Part shown: positions 19,720 through 29,695 of the stretch, in pieces
How positions within the stretch are numbered: the first letter of the stretch is position 1
How the letters are laid out: the number at the start of each line of letters is the position of its first letter
NCBI GenBank assembly: GCA_028707635.1
Contig: JAQWAQ010000001.1
Coordinates: 51,336-115,335, forward strand
DNA length: 64,000 nucleotides
Direction of reading: 5' to 3'
Source: Negativicutes bacterium
GTDB taxonomy: Bacteria > Bacillota > Negativicutes > JAAYSF01
Notes under the pieces: model-generated
What the model was told of the DNA's origin: nothing
Database searches by the model: none
The model's input: the letters and a program-made list of their open reading frames with translations, nothing else
Translations under genes and position numbers: made by a program

Positions 19720-21231
19720 ATGGATATTACCAAAATAATAAGCAGTCTACGAATTTCGCCTTCGCATACAGCCCCACTATACCTCCAATTAGCGAATGGC
19801 TTAGCAGCAAAAATTCAAAATTTTACTCTTGCCAAGGGCACTAAGCTTCCCCCAGAACGCGAGCTCGCCAAATTACTCAAAGTAAGCCGCACTACAACAA
19901 TTAACGCTTATCGACTTCTAGAAAAACGCGGTTTGGTTATTACTAAAGTTGGCAGTGGCACTTATGTAAATGATTTATCATTAACTAATCAACAACAACC
20001 AACAATGTCTTGGGAACAACTCTTTACTCCTCAATACAAGTCCCCGCTTTCTTCTATATTACGCACCATAATTGCCACCCCGACAACAGATCAAACAATA
20101 TCCCTTGCAGCTGGTATGCCTGATCCGGCTTTTTATCCGCTTACCATTATTGAAGAAACCTTAGCCTCTAACAAATATCCTTTAGAATCAGCTGACTATG
20201 GCTATATTCCAACAGAAGGATATCTTCCGCTAAAACATTCTTTGGCAAAATGGCAGTCCCAACTTGGCATTCATGCCACCCCAGATCAATTCTTGATCGT
20301 ATCTGGCTCACAACAGGGCCTGTACCTCATTGTAAAAGCCTTCATAGAACCCCGCGACTACGTTATAGTAGAATCGCCAACTTATCTGGGCGCTATTCAG
20401 TCTTTAGAAGCTTCCGGGGCCCGCATCCTAACTCTCCCATCATCAGATAATCTTAATCTTGAACTTCTTGAAGATTATCTCATACGCTACCGCCCCAAAT
20501 TATTATATACTATTCCTACCTTTCAAAATCCCACCGGTCGAGTCATGTCGCTACAGGATCGCCAAGAATTAATCCGCTTAGCCGCACGTTATCGGCTCGT
20601 TATCGTAGAAGATGATCCTTACAGTCTGCTATATTACACTCATAAACCACCTGCTTCTTTAAAAAGCCTCGATACTTATGGCGGAGTAATTCATATGAGC
20701 ACTTTCTCCAAAACCCTTTTCCCTGGACTCCGTACAGGCTGGGTCACTGCTGCCCAACCAGTCATTAATCGCTTAGCACAGGAAAAGCAGCATATGGACC
20801 TACATAGCAATAACCTATCGCAAATCATCCTTAATACCTTCTTAGAGAAAGACTATCTTTCAGAACATCTGTCTTTCGTCCGCTCTGAATATAAAAAACG
20901 CCGCAATGCTATGGTTCATGCACTTCAGCGCTATTGTAACGATTATATGAACTTTAATATACCCGAAGGCGGTTTTTATATCTGGTGTACTATAAATTCT
21001 CCAATATCAACTACTGATCTCACTCGCCGCGCAGCAGCTGTAGGCGTTTCCTTTGTGCCTGGTATAGCTTTCTATACTAACGGAACACACAGCAACGAAA
21101 TACGCTTATGCTTTGTCACCCACGATGAAGACCTGTTAAAAGAAGGCATCCGAAGAATCGGTCGAATTCTCTCTTCAGATACTGCAAATGATTCGCAGCC
21201 ACTTCAGGCTGCAGGGTTGCCCATAATTTAA
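19720..21231 (+). CDS. MocR/PdxR-type GntR-family transcriptional regulator with a fold-type I aminotransferase domain
   Basis: The N-terminal wHTH reads LPPERELAKLLKVSRTTTINAYRLLEKRGLV. The ~400-aa aminotransferase-like domain includes the PLP-region motif (SFSKTLFPGLRTGWV). Confidence 0.85.
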   Translation: MDITKIISSLRISPSHTAPLYLQLANGLAAKIQNFTLAKGTKLPPERELAKLLKVSRTTTINAYRLLEKRGLVITKVGSGTYVNDLSLTNQQQPTMSWEQLFTPQYKSPLSSILRTIIATPTTDQTISLAAGMPDPAFYPLTIIEETLASNKYPLESADYGYIPTEGYLPLKHSLAKWQSQLGIHATPDQFLIVSGSQQGLYLIVKAFIEPRDYVIVESPTYLGAIQSLEASGARILTLPSSDNLNLELLEDYLIRYRPKLLYTIPTFQNPTGRVMSLQDRQELIRLAARYRLVIVEDDPYSLLYYTHKPPASLKSLDTYGGVIHMSTFSKTLFPGLRTGWVTAAQPVINRLAQEKQHMDLHSNNLSQIILNTFLEKDYLSEHLSFVRSEYKKRRNAMVHALQRYCNDYMNFNIPEGGFYIWCTINSPISTTDLTRRAAAVGVSFVPGIAFYTNGTHSNEIRLCFVTHDEDLLKEGIRRIGRILSSDTANDSQPLQAAGLPII

Positions 21232-21265
21232 AAACTAAGCGAACGCGAGGAAGGACTAATGCCTA

Positions 21266-22078
21266 ATGAAAATTATCGATGCCCACATTCACTTCTGTCA
21301 AGATCCCTATTTTGACCAGATTGCAGAATTGGCAGGTCATAAAAACACCAGTGCACACTTAAAAGAGCAATATGCTGTGCATAACATTGTTCACGGTGTA
21401 GTCATGGGTAACCGGAATCTGCAGTTGAGCGACCACGATTACCCTAATTATCTTAGCTATTGTATTGGGCTGGACAGTACCTGCTTCAACGCGGAAGAGG
21501 TAATGCAGCAAGCGAATTTGGTAGAAAAGCATTTACAAAGAAAGAATTGCGCGGGAATTAAGCTATATCCAGGCTATAATCACTTCTATGTTTATGATTC
21601 ATTGCTTGACCCTTTTTATCAACTGGCAATACAATATAAAAAACCGGTGGCCGTTCATACCGGATTGACAGCCACCAGTCATGCTTTACTAAAATACAGT
21701 CATCCGCTGACCTTGGACGAGGCAGCAGTGCGCTATCCTCTGGTTCAGTTTGTGATGTGTCATATAGGAAATCCTTGGATCGTGGACGCTATTGCGGTTA
21801 TGGAAAAAAACAAAAATGTAGCTGCCGACCTTTCAGGAATTTTGGAAGGCTATATTGTCAACATGCCGGATTTCTTTGCAAAAAAGCACAGCTATATTGA
21901 CTTCATCAAAGGCTGGCTAGAATACCTGGATAATTATGACTGCCTGCTGTATGGAACAGATTGGCCACTGGCTAACATTTCCAATTATATTGAGTTTGTT
22001 GCGAATCTCATTCCTTCAAGGCATCATGACAAAGTGTTTTTCGACAACGCCAACCGAATTTACGGTCTTGATCTTTAA
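21266..22078 (+). CDS. Amidohydrolase-family (TIM-barrel metal-dependent hydrolase) protein
   Basis: MKIIDAHIHF start, internal His residues (HTG, CHIG) and a 270-aa size are consistent with Amidohydro_2. It lies immediately downstream of the MocR regulator. Confidence 0.7.
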   Translation: MKIIDAHIHFCQDPYFDQIAELAGHKNTSAHLKEQYAVHNIVHGVVMGNRNLQLSDHDYPNYLSYCIGLDSTCFNAEEVMQQANLVEKHLQRKNCAGIKLYPGYNHFYVYDSLLDPFYQLAIQYKKPVAVHTGLTATSHALLKYSHPLTLDEAAVRYPLVQFVMCHIGNPWIVDAIAVMEKNKNVAADLSGILEGYIVNMPDFFAKKHSYIDFIKGWLEYLDNYDCLLYGTDWPLANISNYIEFVANLIPSRHHDKVFFDNANRIYGLDL

Positions 22079-22096
22079 TACCCATTCGGAGCCAAC

Positions 22097-22810
22097 CTAA
22101 AGAAGCCCTTGTTCTAGCTTCTCGACCACAAAGGCATTGACTGAACCAACAGCTTGGATCTCCTGTCGAGTTGAAGCAGAGATTTGAGGATTAGATAATA
22201 AGCCATAAATATAATTATCGACTTTTTCCTTTATTTCATAAGGAAGGTGTAAACTAAGATCCTTTTCCCCATAAGTAGGAAAGCACATCTTGACTTCCTT
22301 GCCTGCTTCTTTAGCAGACATTCCTTGCTTTTTTAACATCGAATAAATCGCCATTCTCTGAAATTCACTAAATTTTTTAATTAACCCTCGTTCTAGCTTA
22401 TCCTTATTCCACCATTGCCGGATTTCTTCATCAGAAACACCGAATAACCGACGTTTTTCAAGCATTTTATGAATACGAGGATTGCTTTTTTCAGTCTTTA
22501 AAAAATAATCCCCCATATTAGCGGGCAAATCAGATTCAGATACTATATCTGCTTTAACTTCTTTCAGTAGCTTTTGAAATATTAGCTGCGCTTGTTCTTT
22601 GGTGGCAATATCCTTCATAATTATTGGCAGGAATTGCCGCTCCAATTCCTGTTCACGCAAGGAAGGTGGACTTTTCTTACTAAACAGTCTAGATAATAAT
22701 CCCATAAATTGCACCTCATTTCCATTACACTTATAAGACACAGGGCGTTCCTTTAATGTCAACTCTTTGCTACTACTTCCCGCGTCATTTTGCAGGGGCG
22801 CATATGTCAT
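22097..22810 (-). CDS. Hypothetical protein, predicted helical and soluble
   Basis: 237-aa ORF with no recognisable motifs. Alternative internal starts exist, e.g. MGLLSRLF. Confidence 0.4.
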   Translation of the reverse strand: MTYAPLQNDAGSSSKELTLKERPVSYKCNGNEVQFMGLLSRLFSKKSPPSLREQELERQFLPIIMKDIATKEQAQLIFQKLLKEVKADIVSESDLPANMGDYFLKTEKSNPRIHKMLEKRRLFGVSDEEIRQWWNKDKLERGLIKKFSEFQRMAIYSMLKKQGMSAKEAGKEVKMCFPTYGEKDLSLHLPYEIKEKVDNYIYGLLSNPQISASTRQEIQAVGSVNAFVVEKLEQGLL

Positions 22811-23112
22811 ATAATTCCATCAGACTTGTGACTTTGTATGTACTTTGAATCTCTGCAGAGCATTTTTGCGAATTTCTGTTAATCCAGCAGGTATCAATTC
22901 CTGACAGAAGGCCACCTTTTATATCGGTATTTAATGAATCCCCAATAATAAGTGCTTCCTTTATATTAAATCTTTACTTCGTCTCATCTTACTAGACAAA
23001 GAAGGAGCGTCCCTGCTGTCATATAGAGATAGCTAATAAGACGCATTTCTCAAACTTTACAAATAATAACTTGTACTTCTGTGACCGGGCGAGGTAGACT
23101 GTCCCGTCTTTC

Positions 23113-23286
23113 CTAATACCCCTCCCATAATCTATCCCCGTCGTCTCGGAAACCGTCCACACAACATACACTCGTGCTCCCGCATTTGGGACAACATTCT
23201 AAATATCCACCATCGCCTATCGGTTTCAGTATTGCTCCCTCTGTATTAAACACTTTTCCACATTTTGTACATTTTACAACTGCCAT
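23113..23286 (-). CDS. Small zinc-ribbon protein
   Basis: MAVVKCTKCGK...CCPKCGS is a CxxC...CxxC zinc ribbon, about 57 aa. Confidence 0.4.
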   Translation of the reverse strand: MAVVKCTKCGKVFNTEGAILKPIGDGGYLECCPKCGSTSVCCVDGFRDDGDRLWEGY

Positions 23287-23298
23287 TTTTCTCTCCTT

Positions 23299-23330
23299 AA
23301 AGTGCATGAATTGTCAAGGGGACGGGGTTG
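23299..23330. repeat. REP-like palindromic element flanking the RAYT gene on its 3' side
   Basis: TTGTCAAGGGGACGGGGTTGTTGTCAGG is the reverse complement of the units on the other side of the transposase gene. Confidence 0.8.
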
Positions 23331-23342
23331 TTGTCAGGATTT

Positions 23343-24113
23343 TTATGCTTTAAAAACAATTCCTCTATTAATCCCCGTGAGCCTTTCAATTTGTCGAATC
23401 GATAACTTATGCTTCTGCTTCAGTATTCTTAAGTACGTATTTCTTGTTTGAGAATCAACCTTCTGCAAATCTATTCCACTTTTTAAGTTACAAACCGTTT
23501 TTATTATTGCTCTTGCTTCTTCGTCCGTAATTCGCTGCTTGAACTCATCGTCAATATCTAAACAACATTCATGGTCACTACCATCATTGATGTATTTTAT
23601 AAATTTTTGTCTTCCGTTTTCGCAATCATCGCTTAGCATATCCATTAGAAGATTTATGGTTACCAAGTTTGCTTGATTTACATATTCATGAAAGCTACTC
23701 CATTTATATTCTTCAACGTTTTTTACTAGTCCAGCTTTAACTGGATTTTGATGAATATATCTTAGCACTGTTTGAAAGTATTGATCGTTTTCCACTGGCT
23801 CACTCTTAAATCGGTCTTGAAATAGATTCCCAATTCTCTGATATTTATTATTATACCAATACACATAGCTTCCGCATAACCGGCGCATTACTTGTTCCAA
23901 TGGCTCTATTCCTATTTTCAACAGCAGGTGTACATGATTCCCCATCAGACAATATGCATAGATTTCATATTTACTTTTTTCTTTATAGCGTTGCAGCGCC
24001 TCTAGGAATTGGGCACAATCTTCTTCGTCTTCAAAAATTGTCTGACGGTTTATTCCGCGCATGAGTATATGGTAAATTCCGCTGCAACTTTTTTTTCTTG
24101 CTGTTCTTGGCAT
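23343..24113 (-). mobile_element. REP-associated tyrosine transposase (RAYT, IS200/IS605-like Y1 HuH transposase) with a C-terminal DnaA-C-like HTH domain
   Basis: MPRTARKKSCSGIYHILMRGINRQTIFEDEEDCAQFLE...AYCLMGNHVHLLLK carries the HuH motif, and the catalytic-Tyr region is present. The C-terminal HTH reads LSIRQIERLTGINRGIV. It is flanked by inverted REP copies at 23299-23330 and 24151-24214. Confidence 0.85.
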
Positions 24114-24150
24114 GCTCTCACCCCTAAACTCATTGTATTTTACATTTCTA

Positions 24151-24214
24151 TTGTTGTCAACAACCCCGTCCCCTTGACATTTTGTTGTCAACAACCCCGT
24201 CCCCTTGACATTTT
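24151..24214. repeat. Tandem doublet of a REP element upstream of the RAYT gene
   Basis: Two direct copies of TTGTCAACAACCCCGTCCCCTTGACATTTT. Each is itself a palindrome, TGTCAA-N13-TTGACA. Confidence 0.85.
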
Positions 24215-24238
24215 AACAGATTGCCGGAGAAAACTCCT

Positions 24239-24790
24239 TTACAGCTTAATCATTACATCGGCCCGTTTACTCGCTTCCGCCGCAAAGAATTCCTTGGACT
24301 TATGATTGGCTCTGTTGGCAATGATACTGTCAGGAAATACGACAATAGCTTGGTTAAATGAGGATACGTTCATATTATAAACCCGCCGCGCCGCCTGCAA
24401 ATGATCCTCCGCATCGACAATGGCATTTTGAAGTTGCTGGTAATTCTCGCTGGATTTGAGCTCCGGATACGCTTCGGCGATGACCTGAAGCCTTTGCCGC
24501 AGAGCGTCGTATTGACTGCTCAGCTCGGCTTTTTCCGTTATGCCTAGGCCGCTGCGCATTTCAACCAGCTTGCCCAGCGTTTCCATCTCGTGTTTAGCAT
24601 AGGCGCGCACCACATCGAGCAGCTTGGTAAGTGTGTCATAACGCTTGGTTAAGGCCACGTCGATGCCCGAGTCAGCTTCGGCGATTTTCACCAGCAGAGT
24701 TTTAAAGCGATTAGAAACATCTATTGACCATATTACAGCGGCAATACCGGCAATGCCAAGAACACCGACAGCAACAATTGTCGAGCTCAT
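24239..24790 (-). CDS. lemA: LemA-family protein
   Basis: An N-terminal TM segment and then LLVKIAEADSGIDVALTKRYDTL...YPELKSSENYQQLQ...NMNVSSFNQAIVVFP match the LemA family. Confidence 0.8.
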   Translation of the reverse strand: MSSTIVAVGVLGIAGIAAVIWSIDVSNRFKTLLVKIAEADSGIDVALTKRYDTLTKLLDVVRAYAKHEMETLGKLVEMRSGLGITEKAELSSQYDALRQRLQVIAEAYPELKSSENYQQLQNAIVDAEDHLQAARRVYNMNVSSFNQAIVVFPDSIIANRANHKSKEFFAAEASKRADVMIKL

Positions 24791-24813
24791 GACCGTACTC
24801 CTCCTTTTTGCGA

Positions 24814-25449
24814 TTAGTTTTTCATACCTTCCTCTGGGAGAACTTTCTGTTCCCGCACAAGCTGCAGCTTGCCGTGTTCATCTGGCCGGTATTCTCTTTC
24901 TATCAACAGCTTTTCGTCGTTGCTATAGCTACGCTCAAGCTTCTGGATTGGCAGCAGCTTACCATTTGCCCAAATATAAACTGCTTCCTCACTATCGGTG
25001 GCACTAATATGGGTAAAAGAACGCACAGTATGGATGTTAGGATTAAATACAGGTGAGGCAAGCTGACTTAATTCCTCATGCATAACGAATTGCTGGGTTG
25101 CTTTATCCCATAGCCAGCAGTCATCATAACGGTTGGCACCGCCCACTGATGCAGCAATTTTCACATCCATATAACCGTCAAAGTTCATGTCCTCGAAGCT
25201 AAGGAGTTCATTAGCTGCAATCTCGGCGTAAGCCGGAATGCTATAGGGGATTTCCTGCAAGAGCTTATGCTCTTTGTTTTGCTGATAGATAGCAACCTTA
25301 TCAGCATTGACGACAAACTCCACCGTTGGCGCATCCTTGTCAACCGCCACCACCAAAGTAGAGCCTGCTTGACCAGCCTGCGTTAACGGCAAATTAAGGT
25401 TAAACGAACATAATAATACTGCAGTCAGCGTTATGAGTAATCTTCGCAT
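24814..25449 (-). CDS. Secreted hypothetical protein
   Basis: Signal peptide MRRLLITLTAVLLCSF. No recognisable domain. Confidence 0.5.
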   Translation of the reverse strand: MRRLLITLTAVLLCSFNLNLPLTQAGQAGSTLVVAVDKDAPTVEFVVNADKVAIYQQNKEHKLLQEIPYSIPAYAEIAANELLSFEDMNFDGYMDVKIAASVGGANRYDDCWLWDKATQQFVMHEELSQLASPVFNPNIHTVRSFTHISATDSEEAVYIWANGKLLPIQKLERSYSNDEKLLIEREYRPDEHGKLQLVREQKVLPEEGMKN

Positions 25450-25490
25450 TAAACACAACTCCTTTTATATAACAACGCAATAGTCTATTT

Positions 25491-25676
25491 TTAATCTCTG
25501 ATTAAAAGCAGCATGGTCAAGGCCAGATACAAACACATAGCTAGAGCCAACAGCAGTCCGCATGTTACAATAATACGGCGCTGCCAGATCGGTAGCCATT
25601 TCTGGCCTATAGTGAGGAATACTACAACAGTCACTACTCCTACGCAAAATAGCAAAGCCGCCAGATAACCCGGCAC
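25491..25676 (-). CDS. Possible small two-TM membrane protein
   Basis: 61-aa hydrophobic ORF supported only by its position in the gene string. Confidence 0.25.
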   Translation of the reverse strand: MPGYLAALLFCVGVVTVVVFLTIGQKWLPIWQRRIIVTCGLLLALAMCLYLALTMLLLIRD

Positions 25677-25721
25677 AGCATTCCCTCCTAAAAAACCGGA
25701 TATTATCCGCCCAATCTACAC

Positions 25722-26147
25722 TCAGCCCGCCGCGCTACTCTGCTTCCATCGAATATAACCGCGTTTTACATCATAGCTTTCCACAGGCCAAATAATTTCC
25801 ACATTTCTAACTCTGAAGGTATGATTAGATGATGAGCTATAAGGCTCAATCATTTTTTCAAAATCCCAAAAGGTACATTTAATGGTATCGGTATAGCCAA
25901 CATCATTGGTAATCGTTGCCTTCAGGTTAAGTTCATAGAAATAATTGATATATTTGTCAGTGTTATTGACAAAAAAACCTTTAATAATCAAGATATCTTC
26001 TGGTGTACCATCTTCATTTACTTCATAATATAAATCGGTAGTAATCCACTCGACCTTTTGTTCTGCCGCTTCTGCTGCCGGCACCATACACACAAAAGAA
26101 ACCATCATGATTAAACAAATTAATAATAAACTGCTGCCTTTTCTCAA
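25722..26147 (-). CDS. Secreted hypothetical protein
   Basis: 141 aa. Signal peptide MRKGSSLLLICLIMMVSFVCMVPAAEA. Confidence 0.5.
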   Translation of the reverse strand: MRKGSSLLLICLIMMVSFVCMVPAAEAAEQKVEWITTDLYYEVNEDGTPEDILIIKGFFVNNTDKYINYFYELNLKATITNDVGYTDTIKCTFWDFEKMIEPYSSSSNHTFRVRNVEIIWPVESYDVKRGYIRWKQSSAAG

Positions 26148-26241
26148 CTTTCGTCCTCTCCCTTGTGGTTTTAGCTTAACTATATACCTCCTTCAATCAA
26201 TGAAATAGACCCGAAAAGTTACCTTTTACCAATTAACGATT

Positions 26242-26877
26242 TTAATAAAAGAATTCCTTTACCGCGCTGCGTTTATCAATATCCAGGCGGTCAAACAATC
26301 GGGACACTACTTTTTTTACATAAGCGGGCGAGTAGCTCAATTGCTTGCCAATTTCATAATTGGTATGCCCGCGCGCAACAAGCAGGGCAACGGCAAATTC
26401 AGTGTGTGTCAGCAGTTCTTTCATGTGCAGCAATTTAGCCGGCTGTACGCCGCCGACCTCCAGTTGCTGCGTCTCCACCAGCTTGAGCTGGCGGCGTTTA
26501 TCGTCATTTTCCAGATGAAGAGCAAGACGAGCCAGCAGCACTTGCTTGTTCACCGGTTTCCTTATGTAATCGACAGCGCCCATCCTGAGGCCCCGCGCCT
26601 CGCTGCCGGCATCAATAATACCAGTCAAATAGATGACAGAAATCTCGTGCCCAGCGTCTGTGGCGCGCAGTGTGAGCAGCGTTTCAAAGCCATCCATGTC
26701 CGGCATGTCAATATCGAGTAATATCAGATCAGGCGAACCGCCCTTCTCCAGAAAGCGGACAGCCTGCGCTCCTGATTTAGCAAGGCTTACTTCATATTCT
26801 TCCCGGAGCAGTTCCTCAACAACGGCCAGCGAAGCGACATTGTCATCCACCACAAAAATTTTCCGTTTTGGTGTCAC
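26242..26877 (-). CDS. Response regulator, REC plus LuxR/FixJ-type HTH
   Basis: The REC domain (KIFVVDDN...DLILLDIDMPDMDG) is followed by the C-terminal HTH TEFAVALLVARGHTNYEIGKQLSYSPAYVKKVVSRLFDRLDI. It overlaps the upstream HK gene by 4 bp. Confidence 0.9.
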   Translation of the reverse strand: MTPKRKIFVVDDNVASLAVVEELLREEYEVSLAKSGAQAVRFLEKGGSPDLILLDIDMPDMDGFETLLTLRATDAGHEISVIYLTGIIDAGSEARGLRMGAVDYIRKPVNKQVLLARLALHLENDDKRRQLKLVETQQLEVGGVQPAKLLHMKELLTHTEFAVALLVARGHTNYEIGKQLSYSPAYVKKVVSRLFDRLDIDKRSAVKEFFY

Positions 26878-29276
26878 AGGCTATCCCCTTCCTTTCGCAC
26901 TAGTATCAGGAACTTCTGCAAGATTTCCTCCGCTTCTTCAAAATTAAGCTCATCAATAGCAGTACCTAACTTCACCAGAAGTAACCGGCATTTATCATCA
27001 TATTCCATTGAAAGCAACTGCGTCAGCACTTGTTTGCTTGCCGCGTGCTGATAATTGGCGATAGCTGCCTCGGCGCGTGCCAGCAAATCCTCTTTCGTCG
27101 CACCAGGCGCTGTCTGGGCCTCATCCTCGGCAGACGTTTCCTGCAAAAATCGAGCCAGCCCCTGGCGAATCGTTTCAAGCTTATAAACAAACAGCAGCAA
27201 GGCATTATCGATATATGCCATTTGCCCGGCGGCACATTTCTCTTCCAGTCGTCCAGCAAAGACGGCAAGATCGTTAGCGCCAACAGTTCCGGCAAGGCTT
27301 TTTAGCGAATGGACGATGCGAGCGAAAGACTGATAGTCCCCCTCCTTAACCAGGCTTTGCAGACGATGGGAAAGCTCTGCAGTATGAGTGAGAAAAATAC
27401 CAACAATGGTCTGATACTGGTCTAGATTGTCGCCAACAAAGAAAAGTCCGTCCGCCAAGGAAATACCATATGGCTTTAGCAACCGTGCCTGCTTATCGGC
27501 CATCCCGTCATGATGCTCGCCGCCCCCACAGGGCATAACGATGGTTACTAGTTCGGCCGGCAAACAAGTCAGCAGCACTTGTTCCAGACGTGACGGGCTA
27601 ACAGGCTTGGTGATATAATCGGTAAAACCTGCTTCCAGCAGTTTTTGCCGCGTATCGAGCGTAGCATCGGCAGTCAGAGCAATTACCGGCGCCTGACAGC
27701 CCATTTGCTGCAAACTCCCCAATGTCGTTATACCGTCCATTTGCGGCATCATATAATCCAGCAAAATAACATGATATTGATTTTGACGCGCTTTGACTAA
27801 ACACTCCTTACCGCTCAGCGCTATATCAATCGAGAGCATCGTCCGGGCCAACAAAAACTGCAACACACCCAAATTCCCCTCATTATCGTCCACTGCCAAA
27901 ATTCGTCCCTGCGGTGCGATAAAGCTCCGCTCATCCGCCGAATCATGAACATTGCTGCAGGCGGCTGTTTCGTCAGCATAACGCTGGGGAATTTCCACGG
28001 TAAAGGTGCTGCCATGTCCGTATTCACTGACGACTGACAGTCGTCCACCCATCCGCTCGGTCAATTCCTTAACAATGGCCAGGCCAAGCCCCGTGCCTTC
28101 GATTTTGCTGTTGCGAGCCTCTTCACTGCGGGCAAAGGCCTCAAAGATGTTCGGCAATAGCTCTGGCGAAATGCCTTTACCGGTGTCTATTACCTTGAGG
28201 GTAAGCAGGATGCCGCTTTTATCCGATGCTTCGCAGCCGGTGAGGCTCAGACTTACCGATCCGGCTTCGGTATATTTCACGGCATTGCTGATTAGATTAG
28301 CGCCAATTTGACGCATATGCAGACTATCACCCCAAAGCGCAGCTGGCAGTCCAGCGACTTCGACAGCAAATAGCAACCCTTTGTTTTCTGTCTGCTCCCG
28401 ACCCATCTGCACCAAGCTCTGCACCAAGTCATCGGTAAGATAGACTTCTTCCACAACCTCCAGCTTACCTGATTCGATTTTGGCAACATCCAAAATGTCA
28501 TTAATCAGCGCCAACAGCATCCGCCCCGCATCCTGGGCCCTGACAGCGTAACCGGCAATCTCCGCCGAGGCGCGCGACCTGATAATCATTTCATTCATGG
28601 CCAACATAATATTGATAGGTGTACGGATTTCATGACTCATGCTGGCGAGAAAAAGGTTTTTTGCTTGATTTGCCTGGATGGCTTCCTCACGGGCCTGCTC
28701 AAGCTGACGCTGCTGACTGTTGTACAGATGAAAACTCAAAAGCATAGTTATCCCTAAAATGACACTGACGGTCACAAAGCCAAAAACAATATCGATAATT
28801 GCTTCTTCTTCAGTCTCAAACCAAATAATCTGTGACGGCACCGAATAGGCATACAGACAAAGCAGACTGTAAAAGATGATTTCCAAAGCGGCGACAATCA
28901 GCATTTTCCGCCCTTCCAGCATAAACACAGTAAACACAATACTGAAAATAAAAAAGGATGGCATACCACTGTAATAACCGCCGCCAGCCAGGAACAGCAA
29001 GGCAAAGCCTACAAAAAAGATAACAAGAATGGTAATCAAATAGCAGCGCTGATAATTACCGCTCTTATTTGAATAGTAAAGCAACCCGCCAGAAAGGCAG
29101 GCACTGAAAAAACTAATAACTGCCATTTGTAGGCCGTTAATCAATACCAATGAAAAAACCACACTAAGCAAACTAATAATAATACCCGCCATGGCGAGCA
29201 GATTAAACAATCGCACCCGAAAAGCTAATTCGGGCCGGAAAAAGGCACTGATCACTGGGGACAGCGAAACTTTCAT
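26874..29276 (-). CDS. Hybrid sensor histidine kinase (membrane domain, HisKA, HATPase, two REC domains and an Hpt domain)
   Basis: 800 aa. The H-box is MSHEIRTPINIML and the G-boxes read DTGKGI and GTGLGL. There are two receiver-like regions. The C-terminal Hpt reads SHRLQSLVKEGDYQSFARIVHSLKSLAGTVGANDL. Confidence 0.9.
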   Translation of the reverse strand: MKVSLSPVISAFFRPELAFRVRLFNLLAMAGIIISLLSVVFSLVLINGLQMAVISFFSACLSGGLLYYSNKSGNYQRCYLITILVIFFVGFALLFLAGGGYYSGMPSFFIFSIVFTVFMLEGRKMLIVAALEIIFYSLLCLYAYSVPSQIIWFETEEEAIIDIVFGFVTVSVILGITMLLSFHLYNSQQRQLEQAREEAIQANQAKNLFLASMSHEIRTPINIMLAMNEMIIRSRASAEIAGYAVRAQDAGRMLLALINDILDVAKIESGKLEVVEEVYLTDDLVQSLVQMGREQTENKGLLFAVEVAGLPAALWGDSLHMRQIGANLISNAVKYTEAGSVSLSLTGCEASDKSGILLTLKVIDTGKGISPELLPNIFEAFARSEEARNSKIEGTGLGLAIVKELTERMGGRLSVVSEYGHGSTFTVEIPQRYADETAACSNVHDSADERSFIAPQGRILAVDDNEGNLGVLQFLLARTMLSIDIALSGKECLVKARQNQYHVILLDYMMPQMDGITTLGSLQQMGCQAPVIALTADATLDTRQKLLEAGFTDYITKPVSPSRLEQVLLTCLPAELVTIVMPCGGGEHHDGMADKQARLLKPYGISLADGLFFVGDNLDQYQTIVGIFLTHTAELSHRLQSLVKEGDYQSFARIVHSLKSLAGTVGANDLAVFAGRLEEKCAAGQMAYIDNALLLFVYKLETIRQGLARFLQETSAEDEAQTAPGATKEDLLARAEAAIANYQHAASKQVLTQLLSMEYDDKCRLLLVKLGTAIDELNFEEAEEILQKFLILVRKEGDSL

Positions 29277-29491
29277 AGCATACCTCCGTAAAATTATTAC
29301 ATTGGAGTTGCTGTATGAATTTGCCTAATTCATAGGCTCTCTTCTGTTCGTGCTTACCTTAAGTATCGCCGGGTTGAATCACACCTCCGACTAATCCCCC
29401 TTAGCTTGTCTATATTATAATACAAAATTAACCAGTTTTAATGATTTTTTATATAGCAGTCACGCGGTTAATTGCAAAATCTAATAAAAAA

Positions 29492-29516
29492 ACCGATAGA
29501 GTTAATACCTCTATCG
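29492..29516 (-). terminator. Terminator downstream of the GGDEF gene
   Basis: CCGATAGAG-ttaatac-CTCTATCGG, followed on the minus strand by TTTTTTTATTAG. Confidence 0.75.
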
Positions 29517-29695
29517 GCCACGCTTCGTGAATGATAAATATTTCGTAGGGAATCAGCGAAAACTCACAGGCATAATTACTTGCTCCGAACAACATCCCTG
29601 CTTTGCTGCTCAAATTTAAGCCTCTTGCAAACTTTGTGTAGTTTGAGCAATCATGAACTACTAACATGACCTATACTTTAGTTTTTGACAAGTCT

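Noticed and set aside
24645-25056. + strand ORFs of 82-120 aa
   Set aside because: They are antisense to lemA and to the secreted-protein gene and have no support.
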